Positions 56,887 to 64,000 of a DNA stretch of 64,000 bases are shown piece by piece. The position numbers and the translations under genes were made by a program. The notes under the pieces were generated by a model. The model ran no database searches. It was not told the origin of the DNA and saw only the letters and a program-made list of their open reading frames with translations. Each line of letters starts with the position of its first letter. The first letter of the stretch is position 1. The DNA is from an uncultured Ignavibacteriota bacterium (GTDB taxonomy: Bacteria > Bacteroidota > Ignavibacteria > Tepidaquicellales > Tepidaquicellaceae), in assembly GCA_937983305.1 (NCBI GenBank), contig CALKAJ010000030.1:20-64019 (forward strand). Reading direction: 5' to 3'.

Positions 56887-57926
56887 TTGCTGAATTCCAC
56901 AGTTTTTAATCCTGTTATATTGCAATAAAAAGCCGACAGGTTGTTTATGATAATTTCAAATCTGTTGTCTCCGTTAAAAATCTTGCAGGTGAGATATTCA
57001 AGCACGAGTCTGTATTTTATTTTCTTGTAAGGTTTTATTTTTTCTCTTTCTTTTATAATTAATCCCGGATGAAAAGTCAGCCATAAATGAGCACGTATTA
57101 TCCCAAATAGCGAATATTTTTTCTTAAAAAGAGAAAGCAATATTTTAGACAATATATTAAAAATAAAATACGGAATCAGCAAAATAAGAAATAAAAAAGG
57201 GAAGAAAATCAGAAAGTTAAGAAACCTGTTTCGCTCCTGATAATAAGTGACAAAAGAAGATTTTGATTTTTTGGTCGTTCCGCTGCCTTTGTGATAGACT
57301 ATTGATTTAGCGTTATGATAATTCTTAAATCCTGAGAATATACTGAAAAAGCTCAGATATGTATCTTCCGAATATAAAAAATACTCATCGGGAAAAATTT
57401 CTTTCTTATCTCCAAGAAGTGTTTTTCTGAAAATTAATGAAGCTCCTCCGGCAAGAAATATTTCTCCTTTCCCGTTTTCATCAATCGGGAAAATTTCCAT
57501 TATATTATGTCCGAGAAAATTTATTGTTCCGTTTTTCTCGTAATATTTTTTTGGAATCCCGTCTGTAAATACAAGGGATTGAACGAGTCCGGCATTTTCG
57601 TATGTCTCAAGCGCTTTTACAAGTTCCTCAAGCCAGTTTGGCTCGACAACAGTATCATTATTAAGAAGTACGATATATTCTCCGCTTGAATTTTTATAAC
57701 CGAGATTATTTCCTCCCGTAAAACCGAGATTATTTCCGGATGAAATGTATTTGAAATTTTTTCTTGAGCCGAACAGTAATTCGATTACTTTCCCGCTGTT
57801 ATCCGTTGAGCCGTTATCAACAAAAATTATTTCGAAATCCTTATAAGTCTGATTATATACCGTTTTCAGGCATACTTCGTTGAATAGTAATCCGTTGTAA
57901 TTTAATATTATTATTGAAACTTTCAC
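56883..57926 (-). CDS. glycosyltransferase family 2 (with a C-terminal membrane segment)
   Basis: 347 aa. VSIIILNYNG, IIFVDNGSTDNS and LLNNDT. GTG start. Confidence 0.85.
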   Translation of the reverse strand: MKVSIIILNYNGLLFNEVCLKTVYNQTYKDFEIIFVDNGSTDNSGKVIELLFGSRKNFKYISSGNNLGFTGGNNLGYKNSSGEYIVLLNNDTVVEPNWLEELVKALETYENAGLVQSLVFTDGIPKKYYEKNGTINFLGHNIMEIFPIDENGKGEIFLAGGASLIFRKTLLGDKKEIFPDEYFLYSEDTYLSFFSIFSGFKNYHNAKSIVYHKGSGTTKKSKSSFVTYYQERNRFLNFLIFFPFLFLILLIPYFIFNILSKILLSLFKKKYSLFGIIRAHLWLTFHPGLIIKEREKIKPYKKIKYRLVLEYLTCKIFNGDNRFEIIINNLSAFYCNITGLKTVEFSK

Positions 57927-58915
57927 TTCAGAGTTTTTTCTTTGATTTTTAAGTCTGAAAAATTAACGTCAAGTAATATACTTTTTATGTATTCGTTCGA
58001 TACTTTTTTGTTCTTATGAATTAATCTTCGTTTAGGTACCATTTTATATAACTTCAGGACTCCGCTCAGATAACCTTTAATCGCATATATTGAAAGTGAA
58101 AAAGAATAGTATCTTGCAAAGATATACAATCTGCGCATTCTTCCAAAGGTGAAGTGGAAAAAATATTTGAGCAGCAATCCCGGCGGATAATTTTTAAATC
58201 TTAGGAAAACAATATTTCTTTCAGAATAAAAAGTTGGAAGATAACTTTTATTTAAAGTCGTTGCTCCGCGGATGTGATAGCAAACGGATTTTGGATTATA
58301 AAAGCATTTATAGCCAAAAAGCTGAAGTCTGAAGCCAAAATCAATATCTTCAAGGTATGCAAAAAATTCTTCGTCAAACAGTCCGGCTCTCTCAAATACT
58401 TCTCTCTTGTACATAGCGGCTCCGGCGCAGGCGCTGAAAATAAATTCCGGTGTGTCATACTGACCGCTATCTTCTTCTCCGAATCCGCGCGGAATTGATA
58501 ATCCGCCTTTTCGCAGAAAGTCACCGGTGTCATCTATGATATTACGTTTGTAAAAATTGAGCATTTTACAGGCAACCGAGCCGACTGATTCATCAATAAA
58601 TCCATTGAGCAATTCTGCAAGAAAATCCTGTTCACATTCTATATCATTGTTCAGCAATACTATGTGTGATACGTCTTTATTGTCGAGGGATGATTTTATT
58701 CCGTCGTTTACTGCTCCGGCGAAGCCTGTATTAACTTTGTGTGAAATAATCCTGACCTCGCAAAAATTCTTTTTAAGTAATTCCACGGAATTGTCCTCAG
58801 AACCGTTATCAACAACAATAATTATAAAATCTTTATAAGTTTGATTTCGAAGGGATGCCAGACAAACTTCAAGATGTTTATATCCGTTAAAATTTGGAAT
58901 TACTATTGATATCAA
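57923..58915 (-). CDS. glycosyltransferase family 2
   Basis: 330 aa. ISIVIPNFNG, IIVVDNGSEDNS and LLNNDI. TTG start. Paralogue of the next gene. Confidence 0.85.
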   Translation of the reverse strand: MISIVIPNFNGYKHLEVCLASLRNQTYKDFIIIVVDNGSEDNSVELLKKNFCEVRIISHKVNTGFAGAVNDGIKSSLDNKDVSHIVLLNNDIECEQDFLAELLNGFIDESVGSVACKMLNFYKRNIIDDTGDFLRKGGLSIPRGFGEEDSGQYDTPEFIFSACAGAAMYKREVFERAGLFDEEFFAYLEDIDFGFRLQLFGYKCFYNPKSVCYHIRGATTLNKSYLPTFYSERNIVFLRFKNYPPGLLLKYFFHFTFGRMRRLYIFARYYSFSLSIYAIKGYLSGVLKLYKMVPKRRLIHKNKKVSNEYIKSILLDVNFSDLKIKEKTLK

Positions 58916-58916
58916 T

Positions 58917-59867
58917 TTACTTAAATAAGTTTTCTATATAAGAACTTGAAGCTGTTTTGGTTTTTTGAATTTTATATCTTTTGATAATTGCATCAGGTAT
59001 TCTTGTTAATCCAAGTATTGAGCCGTAAAACAAAATCATTATTTCTTTGAACTGAGATTTCCTAAAATGAAATAAATATCTTCTCAGTTCTCCCGAAAAA
59101 AATTTCGGCAGAAAACGAAAATACAAAAATAACGGATAATTTTTAATTCTTAAAGCAGTTAGGTTTCTTCTGCACATCTTTAAGTCATAAAAATTTAACT
59201 TACCGTATGTTCCTCCCCGCTTGTGGAAACAAATTGCATCGGGGTTATAATAGCATTTCATATCCATCAATTGCAAACGAAATGAGAAATCTATGTCTTC
59301 GTAATATGCTATAAATGCGTCGTCAAAATAGCCGGCTTTTTCAAATACTTCCCGCCTGTATATTGCGGCTCCGGCACAGGCTCCGAAAATAAATTCCTCT
59401 TTGTCATATTGACCTTTGTCTTCTTCTCCATGACCTCTTGCATAAGGCAGCCCGTTTTTATTAATGAAATCACCGCAGTCATCTATAATAGTTCTGTCAT
59501 AATAATTCATCATTTTGCATGCAGAACTAAAAACGATTGGTTGAATAAAAGATTTCGAAATTTGCTCTATGAAATCGCTATTGCAAACTATGTCATTATT
59601 CAGAAGTAAAATAAACTTGACATCAGTGTATTCAAGGGCTTTTTTAATTCCGAAGTTTACTGCTTTTGCAAATCCGTAGTTCTTATCAAGCTTATGCCAG
59701 ATTGTGTTAGAAAAATCTTTTACGGTATCCTCCGAATTATCCGAAGAATTATTATCAACTGCAATAACAAAAAAATTATCAACGGTTTGTTCGTCAAGAG
59801 ATTGTAAACATTCCTTAAGATGTGATGCTCCGTTGTAATTTGGTATTATTATTGCAATTTCATTCAA
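58917..59867 (-). CDS. glycosyltransferase family 2
   Basis: 316 aa. IAIIIPNYNG, VIAVDNNSSDNS and LLNNDI. TTG start. FGACAGAAIYRREVFEKAGYFDDAFIAYYEDIDFSFRLQL aligns colinearly with the neighbouring gene. Confidence 0.85.
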   Translation of the reverse strand: MNEIAIIIPNYNGASHLKECLQSLDEQTVDNFFVIAVDNNSSDNSEDTVKDFSNTIWHKLDKNYGFAKAVNFGIKKALEYTDVKFILLLNNDIVCNSDFIEQISKSFIQPIVFSSACKMMNYYDRTIIDDCGDFINKNGLPYARGHGEEDKGQYDKEEFIFGACAGAAIYRREVFEKAGYFDDAFIAYYEDIDFSFRLQLMDMKCYYNPDAICFHKRGGTYGKLNFYDLKMCRRNLTALRIKNYPLFLYFRFLPKFFSGELRRYLFHFRKSQFKEIMILFYGSILGLTRIPDAIIKRYKIQKTKTASSSYIENLFK

Positions 59868-59869
59868 TA

Positions 59870-60799
59870 CTATATTTTATATAAGTTTTTCAAAATGTAT
59901 TTATGTGCGGTTGAAGTTCCTTTCAAATCCTTTTTAAAAGGTGATAAGAAAAAGTTGAAAATCAGTTTTGTTAAAGTATTTGATAAACAAAGCAGAAGTA
60001 AAATAATATATTTTAAAAAACCGTAATTATATTTAAAAAACTTCAGCATACTTATAATAAAAATCCCGTAAAGAACATCGTTTGTTTTCTGCTCCATACT
60101 TGATGCTCCTGTGTGAATAACTCCGAGTTCGGATGTGAGAGCAAGGTTTCCGTGCTTAGATAACTTATAACTCAGCTCCACGTCTTCAAAGAAAAGGAAA
60201 TATTTCTCGTTGAATAATTTAACTGCCTTGAAAGTATCTCTTTTTAAAAAAACAAATGCTCCGGGCAGTTGTGTTATTGAAGGATATTTTTCGTTAGAAA
60301 CTGCGTTTGAATCACGCAGGTATTTATCAATGAATCTTTTTCTGTTCTTGAAAAATTTCGCATATATTGAGTAAAAGAATAAATACTGCCTGATTGATGG
60401 AAATCTCTGGTAATATTCAAATTGATACTTCCCGTCTTCTCCGTATAGTTTCGGAGCAATAGCCGCGATATTTTTTGTTAATCCCTGCCTTAAATTTTCA
60501 AACAAAGGCTCACGGAAACAAATATCCGGATTAAGTATTAAAATGTAATCTCCTGATGAAATATCATATCCCCGGTTATTTCCGAAAGCAAATCCTTTAT
60601 TTGAATCGAGGAATACAGCTTTAACAAAACCATATTTATTAGCGAGTAAACTTATTATTTCCTTTGAATTATCGGTAGAATTATTATCAACGACAATGAT
60701 TTCAATTTCAGATGTATTCTCATATTTAATTATTGACTCAACACATCTCTCAATATATTTTGAAGTATTATAGTTTACTATAAGAATTGAAACATTCAA
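59870..60799 (-). CDS. glycosyltransferase family 2
   Basis: 309 aa. VSILIVNYNT, IIVVDNNSTDNS and ILNPD. TTG start. Confidence 0.85.
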   Translation of the reverse strand: MNVSILIVNYNTSKYIERCVESIIKYENTSEIEIIVVDNNSTDNSKEIISLLANKYGFVKAVFLDSNKGFAFGNNRGYDISSGDYILILNPDICFREPLFENLRQGLTKNIAAIAPKLYGEDGKYQFEYYQRFPSIRQYLFFYSIYAKFFKNRKRFIDKYLRDSNAVSNEKYPSITQLPGAFVFLKRDTFKAVKLFNEKYFLFFEDVELSYKLSKHGNLALTSELGVIHTGASSMEQKTNDVLYGIFIISMLKFFKYNYGFLKYIILLLLCLSNTLTKLIFNFFLSPFKKDLKGTSTAHKYILKNLYKI

Positions 60800-60805
60800 T
60801 TGAAA

Positions 60806-63187
60806 TTATTCTCCCGCTTTAATTAAATAGTATTTTAACCTTCTGATTATCCTTTTTCTGCTGAAAAGACCGGAAAGTTTACGCTTAATCTTGTATGTTA
60901 AAGGCAGAATTTTGTTGAATTCAATGTATTTGTTCTTAAAGGGATTGCCAAAGAAATTGTTGTAATATTCACCTGTTGCGTGATAGACTTTGAAACCCTT
61001 TAATATTCCGGTTCTAAACCCAAGATTATCTGCTCTGAGTTGATAATCGCCGTCTTCCGCAATAAAAGTGCGGGTTTTATCATACATCAATTTCCCGACT
61101 TCGTTATAAACTTTTCTTGAAAGTAAAAAACACCAGCCGCCAATAGGTCCTTTTTGCAATATGAAATTTCCATTACAGAAATTTTCTTCCAGATAATCGC
61201 CCTCGTCAAATTTTCCTCCGTTTGTATGAGCATCCTTAATTACGTCGGCAACCATATATCCCATTTCAGGTATGGATTTATAGGCAGTAATGAATCCGCT
61301 TATCCAATTTTCCGGGAAATCAATTATGTCGTCATCGAGACCGATTATAAAATCTCCGGTTGCAAGTTCAAACGCCTTGCTTTTGGCATTATTCCCGACA
61401 TTTACCGGGTTGTGAATAATTCGAATGCTCCCATGGGATTTTGATATTTCATCAATAAATTCTCCGCTTCCATCAGTTGAATTATTATCCCAAATAATTA
61501 ATTCGTGATTTATATCGGTTAAAGTCGGTAGTAACTTTTCAAGGCACAGCTTCAAAGCATTAATCTTATTGTAAGTAATTAAAACTAAACTGACCTTCTC
61601 ACCGGTATAATTTTTAATGTCCTCGTCAGGTTTTGGTAAGTATTTAACCGGTATCAGTTTACGGAAAATTTTTGCAATTACAATTTTATCCCTGTGATTC
61701 AGATATTTGAAAATTAAAATCTGAATTGAATATAGCATAATAAATATTAAAACTAATGACGCTATGATTATTGCTACTTTTATTCGGGAATCTATAACCA
61801 ATGAGGAGGCGGAAAAGAATCTTAAGAGAAAGAACAAAATTATTCCCGGTATTATACTATATAGTAAAGGAGGGAAGTACTCTTTGGAAAATATTTGCAC
61901 AATATTTTTTCTGAAAAATAAAACAGAAGTAACAAAAATAAAAACCGAGGAAATAATGGTTGCAGAACTGTTACCGTAAGCGGCTCCAAGAACACCGTAA
62001 TATTTTATAAGGAAATAACTGAAAATTACATTTATTATAAGGTGAAGTAATCCTTCGTACATCTGATATTTGGGAATACCTATGTTTGGAAGAATTGAAT
62101 TTCCCGGAGAAGAAATAATCAGATTTAAAAGCTGTCCGACTATTAATACTCTTAATATGTGAGATGAGACCTCATACCCGGGACCCATCCACGTATAAAT
62201 AATCTCATCGGAAAAAATAAAAACAAAAACAGATATTGGGATTGAAATCAGTGAAAGATAACGAATTGTATCTTCAAAAAGTCTTGATAGTTTTTCTTTG
62301 TCTTCTTTTGCATTAATCTCAGCCGCAACCGGAGCAACCTGAATAATAAATTGCAATGGTATAACCCTTGCAAATCTTAGAAGTCTTGTACTGATATTGA
62401 AAAAAGTCACATTGTTGAGAACGCTGAAAAATCCAAGCAGAAATTCATCAAACTTTTCAGAAAAGAAACCGGCAAGTTTTGAGACCTGCATTTGCAGACC
62501 GAAAGACCCCATTTCCTTAAGTGATTTCGGACTGAAATAATTAAGACGAAGTTTTAATTCGGGTACGGATTTTTGTGCAATAAAAAATATTACAATTGAA
62601 TTCACAACGGATGCGAAGAGTTGGCTTATCAAAAGTCCTTCAATTCTGAAATCCAAAAGGAGAAGAATAATGACGGAAATAAAATTCAGGAGATTTACAA
62701 TCGTATTCATCACTGAAGTAATATACATCTTTTGAATACTGATAAGAAGCGACGAATATATAGTGAAAATATTATTAATAAAAAAAATAATTAATGCGAT
62801 ATAAAAAGCATTTTTTCCCGCATTGAGCAGTTCCGCCGGGATGTTTATAAGAGATAAAAGAGAGTCCGTAAAAATAAACCCTGCAATTAATATAAGGAGT
62901 GAAAATAAAAAATAAAATAAAAAGCCTGTGTTTATTGTGTGATTAAGTTCGTCATATTTTTTTTTATTGTAATATTCCGAAATGAATTTAATAAATGATG
63001 ACGAAAGACTTAAATCAAATAAACCAAAAGATCCGATAAAACCGAGAACAATAGCGTAGATACCGAATTCAACCTGTCCGATTTTTGATATTATAAAAGG
63101 TGTTAACAGTAACGGGAAAATAACCGAGGCAATCTGTGAAAAGAAATAATAAAAAGTATTTTTTATTACTTTATCTGTAAGTGACAT
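60806..63187 (-). CDS. fusion protein: Wzx-like polysaccharide flippase (MOP superfamily) + C-terminal GT2 domain
   Basis: 793 aa. The first ~500 aa are polytopic with the typical Wzx N-terminus (KNTFYYFFSQIASVIFPLLLTPFIISKIGQVEFGIY). The last ~270 aa contain VSLVLITYNK, LIIWDNNSTDGS and GLDDDI, a GT2 signature. Confidence 0.8.
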   Translation of the reverse strand: MSLTDKVIKNTFYYFFSQIASVIFPLLLTPFIISKIGQVEFGIYAIVLGFIGSFGLFDLSLSSSFIKFISEYYNKKKYDELNHTINTGFLFYFLFSLLILIAGFIFTDSLLSLINIPAELLNAGKNAFYIALIIFFINNIFTIYSSLLISIQKMYITSVMNTIVNLLNFISVIILLLLDFRIEGLLISQLFASVVNSIVIFFIAQKSVPELKLRLNYFSPKSLKEMGSFGLQMQVSKLAGFFSEKFDEFLLGFFSVLNNVTFFNISTRLLRFARVIPLQFIIQVAPVAAEINAKEDKEKLSRLFEDTIRYLSLISIPISVFVFIFSDEIIYTWMGPGYEVSSHILRVLIVGQLLNLIISSPGNSILPNIGIPKYQMYEGLLHLIINVIFSYFLIKYYGVLGAAYGNSSATIISSVFIFVTSVLFFRKNIVQIFSKEYFPPLLYSIIPGIILFFLLRFFSASSLVIDSRIKVAIIIASLVLIFIMLYSIQILIFKYLNHRDKIVIAKIFRKLIPVKYLPKPDEDIKNYTGEKVSLVLITYNKINALKLCLEKLLPTLTDINHELIIWDNNSTDGSGEFIDEISKSHGSIRIIHNPVNVGNNAKSKAFELATGDFIIGLDDDIIDFPENWISGFITAYKSIPEMGYMVADVIKDAHTNGGKFDEGDYLEENFCNGNFILQKGPIGGWCFLLSRKVYNEVGKLMYDKTRTFIAEDGDYQLRADNLGFRTGILKGFKVYHATGEYYNNFFGNPFKNKYIEFNKILPLTYKIKRKLSGLFSRKRIIRRLKYYLIKAGE

Positions 63188-63192
63188 TATTT

Positions 63193-64000
63193 TTAATAAG
63201 GTCTGTTATTGTCGTTCTGCTGATACTTCAATGAGGCATCGTAAAACATTCGTTTAATCATATATCGTAAATTTTCCACATCGGTTTCATACCTTCTCCT
63301 TGAAAAGCCGGTAGTGTTTTTCATCTGAAATTTTCTCAGTCCGAGCATCACTGCGGTTTTTACATATTCCTTCTGGTTAACGAACTGCGGGCACCAGCCG
63401 TATTTATATTTTTTGGTAACAAAGGGAATGAACCTCAAATGTTCCTGTGGAATTAAACCTGATGATGCTTCTTCGGTAAGTTCTCTTAATACGGTTCTGC
63501 TTTCAAGATACAGGGCGATTTGGAAAATTGCAAGAAGTGCTATCAGATAAGAAAACATAAAGAAAAATCCTGCAAGTGCCGTTTCTTCAAAACTCACGGT
63601 AAGATTCCATGCAAAATGCAGAAAAACTGCGGCGAAATATCCTGTTGGTATTAAAATAAATTTCAATATTGCGGGTTTGAATTTACTGAAGCCGATAAAA
63701 CCTCCAAATGTTGCCTGTGCCATTGCATGCATTACAGCTGAGAAAAATGTTCTGATGATTACAATTAACAGCCAGTTATCTGCATTGGTAACGAAGTACA
63801 TAAAATTTTCTGTCATACCAAAACCGAGTCCTATAGCTCCGCCATATACAACTCCGTCAACTATTCCGTCAAATTTTCTTGTTGAAGCCATAATCATTAA
63901 GAATATTCCTTTAGTAAACTCTTCAACAAGAGGAGCCGTAACTACTGCTCCCGATAAACTTATGAGCTCTTCCGCATTTCCGTCATAAGAATTTGAAATC
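63193..64000 (-). CDS. PrsW-family intramembrane metalloprotease; the N-terminal part runs off the window end
   Basis: The track starts it at 63897, but the frame stays open to the window edge. Upstream it reads ...APLVEEFTKGIFL, the PrsW EExxK motif. Downstream are multiple TM helices with HAMAQATFG and HFAWN His motifs. Confidence 0.75.
   Translation of the reverse strand, partial: ISNSYDGNAEELISLSGAVVTAPLVEEFTKGIFLMIMASTRKFDGIVDGVVYGGAIGLGFGMTENFMYFVTNADNWLLIVIIRTFFSAVMHAMAQATFGGFIGFSKFKPAILKFILIPTGYFAAVFLHFAWNLTVSFEETALAGFFFMFSYLIALLAIFQIALYLESRTVLRELTEEASSGLIPQEHLRFIPFVTKKYKYGWCPQFVNQKEYVKTAVMLGLRKFQMKNTTGFSRRRYETDVENLRYMIKRMFYDASLKYQQNDNNRPY

Noticed and set aside
56887-56925. N-terminal extension MQYNRIKNCGIQQ of the GT2 gene, which overlaps the upstream gene by 43 nt
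   Set aside because: The internal ATG at 56886 gives the canonical GT2 start MTLSIIIINYHS and forms an ATGA stop/start overlap with the upstream gene. The extension has no counterpart in the four neighbouring GT2 paralogues.
1-64000. Searched by eye for rRNA, tRNA, CRISPR arrays, transposases/integrases, phage genes and known defence modules
   Set aside because: No cloverleaf-like or rRNA-like segments turned up, and no regularly spaced direct repeats. No ORF shows DDE/tyrosine/serine recombinase, restriction-modification, toxin-antitoxin or cyclic-nucleotide-defence signatures. Intergenic regions are short and AT-rich. A tRNAscan/Infernal run would be needed to exclude small RNAs formally.

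Overview
Low-GC bacterial chromosome segment, gene-dense (about 55 CDS). I found no rRNA, tRNA, CRISPR array or transposase/integrase. Four proteins carry C-terminal T9SS (Por-type) sorting domains and there are many multihaem cytochromes. This points to the Bacteroidota/Ignavibacteriota (FCB) lineage, probably an Ignavibacteria-like organism; this is inference only. Layout: (i) 1-6006, minus-strand housekeeping genes: glyA (partial), rpiB, an OMP plus lipoprotein pair, a HAD phosphatase and glgA. (ii) 6122-16485, the standout region. A sigma-54 enhancer-binding response regulator is followed by a perfect -24/-12 promoter. Downstream lie an inner-membrane module (19-haem membrane-anchored cytochrome, dihaem cytochrome b, 4-haem c554-like cytochrome), an outer-membrane module (beta-barrel OMP, 14-haem periplasmic cytochrome, lipoprotein cytochrome with CX4CH motifs) and a separately promoted 8-haem cytochrome with a T9SS sorting tail. 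That totals 52 haem-attachment motifs. (iii) 16638-20638, a lipoprotein plus ccmC-ccmD-ccmE-ccmF, in which CcmE has the Cys (CXXXY) variant haem-binding motif. (iv) etfB-etfA plus a long acyl-CoA dehydrogenase. (v) Mixed accessory genes: T9SS cargo, small OMPs, CYTH, ADH, esterase, C1 peptidase, Ca2+/Na+ antiporter. (vi) An AddAB-type helicase-nuclease pair, a Lys-rich small protein, a histidine kinase and a BNR/T9SS protein. (vii) xdhA-xdhB-[hybrid sensor kinase]-xdhC. (viii) A long minus-strand glycan operon: Wzx-GT2 fusion, five GT2, GT9, nadD, with a partial PrsW-family protease upstream. The main candidate for a new system is the sigma-54-controlled, porin-cytochrome plus T9SS-cytochrome electron conduit at 6.1-16.5 kb.
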